NCBI GenBank assembly: GCA_934176955.1
Contig: CAKPOS010000006.1
Span: 8,566-72,565, forward strand
Reading direction: 5' to 3'
DNA: 64,000 nt
Source: an uncultured Bacilli bacterium
GTDB lineage: Bacteria > Bacillota_I > Bacilli_A > RF39 > UBA660
A program made the position numbers and the translations under genes. Positions 40,620 through 49,530 of the stretch are shown in pieces. The notes under the pieces were generated by a model that ran no database searches, was not told the DNA's origin, and was given only the letters and a program-made list of their open reading frames with translations. Every line of letters starts with the position of its first letter. Within the stretch, counting starts at the first letter, position 1.

Positions 40620-40695
40620 TAAATGGTATAAAACTATACGGTTAAATCTATAATAGTAAAGGTAGGTTGTCAATTGATTGAAAAAAATAAAAAAA

Positions 40696-40722
40696 TTAGC
40701 AATCTGTATTGACAATTGCTAA
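40696..40722. promoter_or_regulatory. CIRCE-like (HrcA operator-like) 9-N9-9 inverted repeat overlapping the hsp20 promoter
   Basis: TTAGCAATC-TGTATTGAC-AATTGCTAA versus CIRCE TTAGCACTC-N9-GAGTGCTAA. The -35 TTGACA (40709-40714) lies in the spacer. The -10 TATAAT is at 40731-40736 (16-nt spacer). Confidence 0.55.
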
Positions 40723-40759
40723 AAAAGTAGTATAATGAAAAATGAAAGGTGATGATAAT

Positions 40760-41182
40760 ATGGCTTTAATACCAAGACTTGTGCCAAATAAATTATATTT
40801 GGATGATGTATTTGATGATTTTATGTTTCCTACAGTAAAGGATGATTTTGGAAAGATGAAATGTGATATTTACGAAAAGGATGGTGCATATCACTTAGAA
40901 ATGGATGTTCCAGGTTTTGATAAGAAGGACGTTCAAATTGAGGTTGATGACAATGATTATTTGACTATCACTGCTGAAAAAAATACAGAAGATAGTGAAG
41001 AAGATGCGGATAAAAATTATATTCGTAAAGAAAGAAATTATGGAAAATATCAAAGAGCTTTCTATGTTGGTGGAATAGATAAAGATAATATTCAAGCTAA
41101 TTTTGAGAATGGTATTTTAAAAATATCTATGCCTAAGAAAGAGGAAGAAAAGTCATCTAAAAAAACTATTGAAATTAAATAA
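40760..41182 (+). CDS. Hsp20/alpha-crystallin small heat-shock protein
   Basis: Alpha-crystallin domain (YHLEMDVPGFDKKDVQIEV ... GILKISMPK). ATG 40760 after GAAAGGTGA. Confidence 0.9.
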   Translation: MALIPRLVPNKLYLDDVFDDFMFPTVKDDFGKMKCDIYEKDGAYHLEMDVPGFDKKDVQIEVDDNDYLTITAEKNTEDSEEDADKNYIRKERNYGKYQRAFYVGGIDKDNIQANFENGILKISMPKKEEEKSSKKTIEIK

Positions 41183-41400
41183 TATTATTTGACATATATG
41201 GACTGTACTTTTGTAGAAGAGTATAGTCTTTTTCTTTCTTTTGATTTCATGGATTTTATGTATAATAATAAGTGTGTTAGATTTATTTGATTTCTTTAGT
41301 CGAAAATTATAATAATCTAACACTTTTTATTTTGTAATATTTTTTGTTTAAAGCTAAAGACTTTTCATCAGAAATTTGGTACAATATAATATGACGGCAG

Positions 41401-42354
41401 GTGATTATTTTGATAAGGATTTATAAGAATGAAATTAATCAAGAACAAGTTAATTTAATTAATAATATAGAAGATAATTGTTGGATTAAAATGGTTCATC
41501 CTACTGATGAAGAAATAAAGAAAGTTGTTGAGAAATTAAAGATAGATGAAGATTTAATTACAAAAGTTTTAGATGAAGAGGAATTGCCTCGTATAGAAAA
41601 GACTGATGGCGCTACTTTGATTGTGGTTGATTGTCCTTATTGGGATGATCATCATATAAAGAATAAATATCATACATATCCTTTGGGGATTATTATTTGT
41701 GATGATTTACATATTATTACTGTTTCTTTGAAAGAATTTGATTATTTAAAAGAATTTGAAGAAGGAAAGGTCAAAACTTTTTATACTTATAAGAAATCTC
41801 GTTTTTTAATTCAAATTTTACTTAAGACGGCTTCTGCTTATTTGAAAGTACTTAATGTTGTAAATGAAGATATTCGTAAGAAAGAGAAGATTTTATATAA
41901 TTCTACAAATAATAAACATTTGGTTGAGCTTTTGGATATTGAAAAGACATTGGTTTATTTTATTACTTCTTTAAAAGCTAATGATGTTGTTTTAGAAAAA
42001 TTATCTAAAGGGAATGTTATTATGATGTATGATGAGGATGTTGAATTACTTGATGATACAATGATTGAAAATAGACAAGGTATTGAAATGTGTACAATTT
42101 ATAAAGAAATTTTATCTTCTATTACGGATACTTACGCTACAATTGTTTCTAATAATTTAAATGGTGTGATGAAGTTTTTAGCAGGAGCTACAATAGTTTT
42201 GGCTATTCCTACTATGATTTCTTCTTTTTTAGGAATGAATATTTCACTTGGAGATTTTGCTAAAAATGATTATGCCTTTGTGGCAATTTGTATTTTTTCT
42301 TTTATGTTGGCCTTATTTGTGGCCTATTTATTGAAGAAAAAAGATATGCTTTGA
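41401..42354 (+). CDS. corA: CorA-family magnesium/cobalt transporter
   Basis: Cytoplasmic domain plus two C-terminal TM helices with the GMN motif (FLGMNISL). Start uncertain. Confidence 0.8.
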   Translation: MIILIRIYKNEINQEQVNLINNIEDNCWIKMVHPTDEEIKKVVEKLKIDEDLITKVLDEEELPRIEKTDGATLIVVDCPYWDDHHIKNKYHTYPLGIIICDDLHIITVSLKEFDYLKEFEEGKVKTFYTYKKSRFLIQILLKTASAYLKVLNVVNEDIRKKEKILYNSTNNKHLVELLDIEKTLVYFITSLKANDVVLEKLSKGNVIMMYDEDVELLDDTMIENRQGIEMCTIYKEILSSITDTYATIVSNNLNGVMKFLAGATIVLAIPTMISSFLGMNISLGDFAKNDYAFVAICIFSFMLALFVAYLLKKKDML

Positions 42355-42377
42355 TTTAGATTTGAAAGATTAGAGAG

Positions 42378-42644
42378 GTGATAATTTTGAAGAAGTTTAC
42401 TTTCATTCCCGAGGGAGTTTGTTCTAGTAAAATGAATATTATTGTAAATGATGGAATAATAAAAGAAGTTGAGATTATAGGTGGGTGTCCTGGTAATACT
42501 GTTGGTGTCAGTAGATTGTGTGCAGGTAAAAGTATCGAGGAGGTAATAGAACTTTTATCTGGAATTAATTGTAGAGGGAGAGGAACATCTTGTCCTGATC
42601 AACTAGCAACAGCTTTAAAAGAATTTTTAATTGAGAATAGGTAA
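42378..42644 (+). CDS. TSCPD-domain small Cys-rich protein (TIGR03905-like)
   Basis: GGCPGNTVG ... CRGRGTSCPDQLATAL. Start ambiguous (GTG 42378 or TTG 42387). Confidence 0.7.
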   Translation: MIILKKFTFIPEGVCSSKMNIIVNDGIIKEVEIIGGCPGNTVGVSRLCAGKSIEEVIELLSGINCRGRGTSCPDQLATALKEFLIENR

Positions 42645-42771
42645 GGAGGTATCTTTCATAAGAAGATTTCTAATAATCATTTGATGTTGAATCAAAAGAA
42701 CATGTTATATGGGAATGATAAATTTCATAAAAAACATTAAAAAGGTAAGTAAATATCTTTTTTAGATGAAT

Positions 42772-42808
42772 AAAAAGCTACATCAAAATTTTGGTGTAGC
42801 TTGTTTTA
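42772..42808. terminator. bidirectional terminator
   Basis: AGCTACA-N12-TGTAGCT, flanked by an A-run and a T-run. Confidence 0.5.
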
Positions 42809-42827
42809 GATTTAAATATTATGATGT

Positions 42828-42968
42828 TTATTTTTGATTTTCTTGGTAAATTGATTTTTCCACACTATTGTAATAATCATTTCCTTTTTCATAATATTTT
42901 TCTATTTTTTTCTTTTCTTTTTCTGTAAACATTTCGTCAGATAATTCTAGTTTTTTTAAATATTTCAT
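42828..42968 (-). CDS. possible 46-aa charged small protein
   Basis: MKYLKKLELSDEMFTEKEKKKIEKYYEKGNDYYNSVEKSIYQENQK. Weak RBS GGTGAT; below the ORF-track cutoff. Confidence 0.3.
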   Translation of the reverse strand: MKYLKKLELSDEMFTEKEKKKIEKYYEKGNDYYNSVEKSIYQENQK

Positions 42969-43072
42969 TTTTATCACCATTCTTAATATGGTTATTTTTT
43001 GAATTTTTATCCTTAATCTTAGTATAAAGATTTTAAATATTGGTAAAATATTTATAGAATGGAGTGAAATTT

Positions 43073-43606
43073 ATGAAAACGACAGGGATTATTAGAAGAA
43101 TTGATGATTTGGGAAGAATTGTTATTCCTAAGGAATTGAGAAAATCACTTCGTATTAAGAATGGGGATTCATTAGAAATTTTCGTTGATCAAGAGGATAT
43201 TGTTTTAAAAAAGTATTCTCCAATGGAGAGTATTGAAGAAGCGGCGATGAAATATGTAGATAGTTTTAATCAAGTAATTAAACATAATGTAATTGTAACA
43301 GATAAAGATAAAGTAATTGCTGTTTCAGGTATGTTAAAAAAGAAGTATTTGGGTAAAAAAATAACCGAATTTACTGAGAGAGGTATTGAACGAAGAGATA
43401 GTTTTGTGGAAAGGCAGAAAAAATTATTTTCTTTTGTTGAAGGTGTGGAAGAATTAGGTTATTATTCTTTTAGTTCAATTGTTTCGGATAGTGATACGAT
43501 TGGAAGTGTAATTATTATTTCTGTTGATAGTCCTATTTTGGAGAGTGATGAAAAATTAGCGGTTATTTTAGCTAAATTGTTATCGGGAAAATTTTTAGAA
43601 AATTAA
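43073..43606 (+). CDS. spoVT: stage V sporulation protein T (AbrB-family regulator with GAF-like C-domain)
   Basis: MKTTGIIRRIDDLGRIVIPKELRKSLRIKNGDSLEIF aligns with B. subtilis SpoVT MKATGIVRRIDDLGRVVIPKEIRRTLRIREGDPLEIF. Confidence 0.85.
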   Translation: MKTTGIIRRIDDLGRIVIPKELRKSLRIKNGDSLEIFVDQEDIVLKKYSPMESIEEAAMKYVDSFNQVIKHNVIVTDKDKVIAVSGMLKKKYLGKKITEFTERGIERRDSFVERQKKLFSFVEGVEELGYYSFSSIVSDSDTIGSVIIISVDSPILESDEKLAVILAKLLSGKFLEN

Positions 43607-43617
43607 AGAGAGAAAGA

Positions 43618-45981
43618 TTATTTTTGCTTTCTCTCTTTAAGTATTGTTAGTACAAATAGCAAGATTCCAATGCTGCTAGTAATAAGGCTAATCTTTTTTA
43701 GCGGTGCTTCATATATTATTTTTATTTTATGTGTCCCTGTTGAAATAGGAAAAGTAATGAAATTAGCCCCAGATTTTTGGTAATTTCTTTTTTTATCATC
43801 TATGTAAATTTTAAAACCTTTATCGTAAGGGATTGAAATGGTAAAATATGAATTATTCTTTGTAACTGTAATTTTGCCTTCTATTTTGTCTCCTTTTGTC
43901 AATTTTTTGTTGATTTTAAAGGTATCTATATTTTTGTTTGCATTTTTAATTGTATCATAATCTAAGATATATGTAGTGAATTGATCTAGTTTATATGTTC
44001 CTTTTGAAATTTTAATTTCCAAAATATTTGTGTTTTCCACAGTATAGTGAAAAATGATATTATTATTGAAGTATTTCCAATTTTTATTGGTTAACTTATT
44101 TTGAATTCCATTGATAGTAATGCATAGGTCTTTATTGGCAAGTTTTTTATTTTGAAAACTTAGAAATAGTATTTTGTTGTTCATGTTATTATCAAGTTTT
44201 ATTTTTAGGGTTGCATTTTTATTGGCTTTTATATTTATTGTATTATTTTCTTGATTTATTTTTAAGTTATTTTTTTCTAATATGGTATATTTTAGTTTTT
44301 GTTGATTTAAAGTACTTATTTTTTTCTTTTCTTTGTTATTTATAACAATATTTGTTAATAGTTGTATTGTATTGTTAGGGTATTGTAATTCTTTAAAATC
44401 TTTTAGAGATATGATGTTGTTGGTGGCGTATCCTATAGGTAGGGAGTTTGTATTTTTGTATAGATTAATACCATTTTTTGTTTTGATTAGTTTATAGCCA
44501 AGTGTTAGATTTTGTTTTGTTATGATGTATTTTTCACCTAGTATAATTTGCGATAGTAGATTGGGAGAAGGAGAAATCATAAATTTATTTCGATTAGGTA
44601 TTGGGTTATTTAATAATTGATTATAGGTATTTATGTAATTTTGATTAGAAGTAGAAGAATAAATGGTTGTTTTTCTTGTATTGATATTATCTATTTTATT
44701 AATGTATTTTTCTTCGTTTAAGTTTGTATTTAATCGATAAAATTCTTTGTCTTTTTTTGTTATTTCATTGATTAGTTGGTTTACTGTTTGATATTCTTTA
44801 CTATTAATATCATCTTTTTTCATTAATTTATCTTTTGAATTTGTATGGAGACAAATGATAAATGAGGAGAGAATAAGATAAGATATAATTAGATATTGTT
44901 TTTTTGAATGAATTTTTTTCATAGTAATTTCTAAAAAATTGGCAACTAAAATTAAGATTAGGGGAATGAATGGTATTAATGATTTTGCATTAATATATAA
45001 TGTTCCGTTTAAGATATAATTAAATATAGGAAAAATTGTAATTAAGAGACAAGTTATGGATAAGTATTTTTTTTCATTTTTTCCTTTTAAAGCAAAGAAA
45101 ATTAAGGAAATTAAGCTAATTAAGGTTAATCCTATGCTATAGTGAGAATATAAAAGGTTTTTACTAATGGAAGGTGTAAAAAGACTAGATAGGCTAATAT
45201 TTTTATGTGTTGTTGCTCTTCCTGTTAGTAGTGCATATGCTGTTGGTAAGAGAAGTATAGAAGATGTTATAATTCCAATAAAAAATGGGGGTATAATTTG
45301 AATTGTTTTGTTGATTAAATTTTTAAAGGTGATATTTTTTTCTTCTTTTATATAGTTGTAGATATAGTATAAATATAATACAATTAAAGCGGGAATGCTA
45401 AAGTAGTAGCTGCTTAATATAATTAGTATTGTGCTTATGATTAAAAGTGTGGATTTTTTCTTTTTAAAGAAGTTATCAATTCCAAATAATCCTAAAATTA
45501 GAAAAGGAAAATAATTAATGAACATAATATGTCTTTTTGCATGAAAGATTAGTGGCCCACTTACTAAGAATAAAAAACTTGTGATGAAACTTATTTTTTC
45601 TTTATGTTGATGTTTTCGAAGAAAGTAATAGAATAGTATTGCGCTAGTTATAACAATAAGGCAATTTGTTGCAATTAGATAATCAATCATTTTGATGAAA
45701 GGAAATAGGTAAGATATTAGAATATAGGGATTATATAGTCCATAGTAAGATAGATAATAAATATTTTGTCCACTTCCTAAATTAGGGGCAAAATTAGGAA
45801 ATAAATCATTGGTGTTATAAAAAAGTGTACGAAAATATTCTGGGATTAAATAATGTTGATATTTAAAATCAATATTGGAGGCAAATAAATGGTTGTCTCT
45901 TGTTAGAAATAAATAAATTATGATAAATGTTGAGATGAGAATCAAATTGGATAAGATATCTTTTTTAGTAATTTTTTTCAT
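43618..45981 (-). CDS. YfhO-family polytopic membrane protein
   Basis: 787 aa with many TM helices, a large extracytoplasmic C-terminal domain and a terminal TM. The N-terminal region is YfhO-like. Confidence 0.75.
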   Translation of the reverse strand: MKKITKKDILSNLILISTFIIIYLFLTRDNHLFASNIDFKYQHYLIPEYFRTLFYNTNDLFPNFAPNLGSGQNIYYLSYYGLYNPYILISYLFPFIKMIDYLIATNCLIVITSAILFYYFLRKHQHKEKISFITSFLFLVSGPLIFHAKRHIMFINYFPFLILGLFGIDNFFKKKKSTLLIISTILIILSSYYFSIPALIVLYLYYIYNYIKEEKNITFKNLINKTIQIIPPFFIGIITSSILLLPTAYALLTGRATTHKNISLSSLFTPSISKNLLYSHYSIGLTLISLISLIFFALKGKNEKKYLSITCLLITIFPIFNYILNGTLYINAKSLIPFIPLILILVANFLEITMKKIHSKKQYLIISYLILSSFIICLHTNSKDKLMKKDDINSKEYQTVNQLINEITKKDKEFYRLNTNLNEEKYINKIDNINTRKTTIYSSTSNQNYINTYNQLLNNPIPNRNKFMISPSPNLLSQIILGEKYIITKQNLTLGYKLIKTKNGINLYKNTNSLPIGYATNNIISLKDFKELQYPNNTIQLLTNIVINNKEKKKISTLNQQKLKYTILEKNNLKINQENNTINIKANKNATLKIKLDNNMNNKILFLSFQNKKLANKDLCITINGIQNKLTNKNWKYFNNNIIFHYTVENTNILEIKISKGTYKLDQFTTYILDYDTIKNANKNIDTFKINKKLTKGDKIEGKITVTKNNSYFTISIPYDKGFKIYIDDKKRNYQKSGANFITFPISTGTHKIKIIYEAPLKKISLITSSIGILLFVLTILKERKQK

Positions 45982-46121
45982 AAATTCTCCTTTCGATAGA
46001 GTTATTATAGCATAATTGCCATATTTCTTTCTTCGTTTAAGTTTATTTTTTGTGTAGTAATGATTTTATTATTAAAATGTTTGACACTTGTTGTCAATTA
46101 AAAAAAATATGAAAAAAGGTA

Positions 46122-46150
46122 TTGTCAGAAGAAAAAAAGTGTGGTATAGT
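46122..46150 (+). promoter_or_regulatory. strong sigma-A-type promoter of the orphan RNA
   Basis: TTGTCA (46122-46127), 17 nt, extended -10 TGGTATAGT (46142-46150). Confidence 0.55.
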
Positions 46151-46156
46151 TAAGAT

Positions 46157-46520
46157 ACTTAGATAGAGAGTACTTGGCATATTACTCATTTAAAACTTGT
46201 ACTTCTAGATGAAAGAGAAGTATATTGATTGAATGACTAAAATAATATCTAAAAAATATTTTGTTAAGTTAACTTTCTTTGTTTGGTAGAAAAGATATAA
46301 GTATGTCTTTGTTCTTATCGCCACTAAGTGAGACGCGCGTTTTGAGAAAGATAAACTCGAAAGGATAAGAAGTTGAGATAGGCACTGATAATGTCTATTA
46401 AATGGGGGAATAGTATATAGGTTATGTTAGATAATTCTATATATTATTGATGTAATTCCAATTCAACCTTTTCTTAAACTAGAAATGAATCAATGTTATC
46501 AGTATTGATTCATTTTTTTT
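46157..46520 (+). ncRNA. unclassified structured RNA candidate (~364 nt) with its own promoter and terminator
   Basis: No ORF over 21 codons. Multiple hairpins include a small three-way junction closed by CUUAUC/GAUAAG (46312-46370) containing the GC-rich GAGACGCGCG. Ends at a strong terminator, and a separate metG promoter follows. Confidence 0.4.
46487..46520 (+). terminator. intrinsic terminator
   Basis: GAATCAAT-N9-ATTGATTC followed by T8. Confidence 0.7.
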
Positions 46521-46540
46521 ATTTTCTTTTTCTGAAATGT

Positions 46541-46568
46541 TTGATAATTTTTTAGTTAATGGTATAAT
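46541..46568 (+). promoter_or_regulatory. putative metG promoter
   Basis: TTGATA (46541-46546), 16 nt, extended -10 TGGTATAAT (46560-46568). Confidence 0.5.
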
Positions 46569-46779
46569 AATTATTGGATTGAAAAGAATTATTTTTTTCT
46601 ATTAGATAAGATTATTTTTGTGAGATTTAAATAATTTTATTTTGGATGATATCATACTTTATTAATGATAAAATTTTTGTATTTAAGAAGTACTGTTTAA
46701 TGAAGAAATAATTTTTTAAGTATTTTACTTGTATAGATAAGGTTAACAGTGTTATTGTAATTGTAAATAAGGAGATGGA

Positions 46780-48321
46780 ATGATGGAAAAAAAGTTTTAT
46801 ATTAGTACAGCAATTGCTTATACAAGTGCTAAGCCTCATATTGGTAATACATATGAAGTTGTTTTGGCTGATGCAATTGCTCGTTATAAAAGATTACAAG
46901 GATATGATGTTTATTTTCAAACTGGGACAGATGAACATGGAGAAAAAATTGAGATTAAAGCAAGAGAAGCTGGGGTAACTCCTCAAGAATATGTGGATAA
47001 GATTGCTTCTGAGATTAAGAATATTTGGGATATTATGAATACTAGTTATGATTATTTTGTTCGTACAACGAATACGGAGCATGAAAAGATAGTTCAAGAA
47101 ATATTTAAAAAATTTTATGATCAGGGAGATATTTATAAGGGTGAGTATAGTGGTTTGTATTGTACGCCTTGTGAGTCATTTTGGACGGAAAGTCAATTGA
47201 TAGATGGAAAGTGTCCTGATTGTGGTCGTGAGGTTAAGGAAGCTAAAGAGGAAGCTTATTTCTTTAGAATGAGTAAATATTCTAAATGGTTGGAAGAGTA
47301 TATAGAAAGTCATCCTGGCTTTATTGAACCAGAGGTGCGTAAAAATGAGATTATGAATACTTTTATTAAGCCTGGTCTTCAAGATTTATGTGTATCTAGA
47401 ACAAGTTTTAAGTGGGGAATTCCTGTTACTTTTGATGAATCTCATATTGTTTATGTTTGGATTGATGCTTTATCTAATTATATTACTTCTTTGGGATATC
47501 ATCCTGATGGAGAATGTGGGGAAGCATTTAAAAAGTATTGGCCTTGTGATATTCATTTGATTGGCAAGGATATTTTGAGATTTCATACAATTTATTGGCC
47601 AATTATGTTGCATGCTCTTTCTTTGACACTTCCAAGAAGAATTTTTGGTCATCCTTGGTTGTTATTTGGAAATGATAAAATGAGTAAGAGTAAGGGAAAT
47701 ATTGTTTATGCTGATGACTTGGTAAATCAGTATGGAGTAGATGCAATTCGCTATTACTTGATTCATGAAATGCCTTTTGCTAGTGATGGTACTTTTACAA
47801 ATGATTTGTTAGTAGAGAGTATTAATAGTAATTTGGCGAATGTTCTTGGTAATTTGGTTAATCGTACAATTGGTATGGTAAATAAATATTTTGATGGAGT
47901 AGTAGTAAATAAAAATACTTCGGAAGAATTGGATATAGAGTTAAAGAATTTAGTTTTGAATACGAAGGAAATTGTTGAAGGTAAGATGGATAATTTAAGA
48001 ATTGCTGATAGTTTAGATGCTATATTTGATATTTTTAGGAGATGTAATAAATATATTGATGAAACTATGCCTTGGGTGTTAGCAAAAGATGAAGAGAAGA
48101 AAGATAGGCTATCTACTGTTTTGTATAATTTGGTTGAATCTATTCGTTTTGGTACAGTTTTACTTCAACCGTTTATGCCAGATACAGCGGCTAAAATTTT
48201 TAAACAACTTAATACTGATAAGATTACTTATGATACATTAGATAAATTTGGGTATTATGAGAGTGGTACTCATGTAGGAGAGGCTCAAGTATTATTTCAA
48301 CGAATTGAAGTGAAAAAATAA
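46780..48321 (+). CDS. metG: methionyl-tRNA synthetase (short form, no C-terminal tRNA-binding domain)
   Basis: HIGH-type KPHIGNTYE, KMSKS, and Zn knuckles CTPCE / CPDCG. Confidence 0.95.
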   Translation: MMEKKFYISTAIAYTSAKPHIGNTYEVVLADAIARYKRLQGYDVYFQTGTDEHGEKIEIKAREAGVTPQEYVDKIASEIKNIWDIMNTSYDYFVRTTNTEHEKIVQEIFKKFYDQGDIYKGEYSGLYCTPCESFWTESQLIDGKCPDCGREVKEAKEEAYFFRMSKYSKWLEEYIESHPGFIEPEVRKNEIMNTFIKPGLQDLCVSRTSFKWGIPVTFDESHIVYVWIDALSNYITSLGYHPDGECGEAFKKYWPCDIHLIGKDILRFHTIYWPIMLHALSLTLPRRIFGHPWLLFGNDKMSKSKGNIVYADDLVNQYGVDAIRYYLIHEMPFASDGTFTNDLLVESINSNLANVLGNLVNRTIGMVNKYFDGVVVNKNTSEELDIELKNLVLNTKEIVEGKMDNLRIADSLDAIFDIFRRCNKYIDETMPWVLAKDEEKKDRLSTVLYNLVESIRFGTVLLQPFMPDTAAKIFKQLNTDKITYDTLDKFGYYESGTHVGEAQVLFQRIEVKK

Positions 48322-48549
48322 AAATAATTTGGAAAAATATGAATAAAGTAGTTTTATACTTTATCAGTATTTTTTGTTTATGATAATTATTCGACAAATA
48401 TTTCTTTTGAAAAGTGTTATTATTGATTTACAACATAAATGTGTAAATTTTTACGAAACACTTTTCTTTTATTTACATTAAAATATTGGTTTGCTATGAT
48501 TGATGTAGTAGTTAAGCAGTTTAGTAGTTTAAGAAAGGAACGAAAAAGA

Positions 48550-48717
48550 ATGCTTAATAAAATTAAAAATCAAGAAAATATAATGATGATATTTTTTGTA
48601 GTAACACTATTGTTTGTTGGAATTTATGCTGTTGTAAATCAAAATGTAATGGATGCTATTTACTTTTTTGTATTGTTGTATTATTTTTTTAGATTTTTAA
48701 TGATTCGTAGGAAGTAG
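48550..48717 (+). CDS. possible small membrane protein (55 aa)
   Basis: ATG 48550 after AAAGGAA. MLNKIKNQENIMMIFFVVTLLFVGIYAVVNQNVMDAIYFFVLLYYFFRFLMIRRK has two hydrophobic helices. The track ORF starts earlier, at 48439. Confidence 0.4.
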   Translation: MLNKIKNQENIMMIFFVVTLLFVGIYAVVNQNVMDAIYFFVLLYYFFRFLMIRRK

Positions 48718-48723
48718 AGGATT

Positions 48724-49488
48724 TTGATGTTGATTGATACGCACTGCCATATTTTTACTGAATATTTTGAGGATATTGATGCGGTTATTGAAAGATGTAA
48801 TCGTCATGGTGTTGGGATGATCATTGTTAATGGAACAAATCGTCGTGATAATGAAGAAGTGTTGTCACTTGTTAAAAAGTATGATATTGTGTATGGTGCT
48901 TTGGGAATTCAGCCTGAAGAAATTGATGATTATACAGAAGAAAATTTGAAATTTATTGAAGAACATATTGATGATGATAAGATTCTTGCTGTTGGAGAAA
49001 TAGGTTTAGATTATCATTATGAGTGTGATAAGGAACTTCAAAGAGAACTATTTAAGAAACAACTTAATATTGCTAAAAAGCATAATAAGCCTGTTATTAT
49101 TCATAGTAGAGATTGTATTATGGAGACATATAATATTTTGAAAGAGACAGATGTAAAGGGAATTATGCATTGTTATAGTGGTAGCGTTGAGATGGCAGAA
49201 AAATTTATTGATTTGGGATTTTTTCTTGGAATTGGAGGTGTAAGTACTTTTAAAAATGCAAATAAGATTATTGATGTCATAAAGAATATTCCTTTAGAAT
49301 ATATTGTATTGGAAACAGATGCCCCTTATCTTTCTCCTGAACCATATCGTGGAAAGAGAAATGAACCTTGTAATGTTGATGTTATCTTGGAGAAAATTTG
49401 TAGAATAAAAGGTATTGATTATAAGGTTGTTGGTGATATTACAACCCGTAATGTTTTTCGCTTGTTTGACAAACAACTTAAATTATGA
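48724..49488 (+). CDS. tatD: TatD-family metal-dependent hydrolase (YabD)
   Basis: N-terminal DTHCH motif. Follows metG as in B. subtilis metS-yabD. Confidence 0.9.
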   Translation: MMLIDTHCHIFTEYFEDIDAVIERCNRHGVGMIIVNGTNRRDNEEVLSLVKKYDIVYGALGIQPEEIDDYTEENLKFIEEHIDDDKILAVGEIGLDYHYECDKELQRELFKKQLNIAKKHNKPVIIHSRDCIMETYNILKETDVKGIMHCYSGSVEMAEKFIDLGFFLGIGGVSTFKNANKIIDVIKNIPLEYIVLETDAPYLSPEPYRGKRNEPCNVDVILEKICRIKGIDYKVVGDITTRNVFRLFDKQLKL

Positions 49489-49530
49489 TAAAATGTTAAT
49501 TGCCTGAGAAATAAAATAAGAGGTGATTTA

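Noticed and set aside
46157-46520. Methionine T-box leader of metG
   Set aside because: Some stem-I-like pieces and an AUG-purine are present. However, there is no recognisable T-box sequence or antiterminator bulge. The terminator is ~260 nt from the metG ATG, with a separate promoter in between. It is kept as an unclassified RNA rather than called a T-box.
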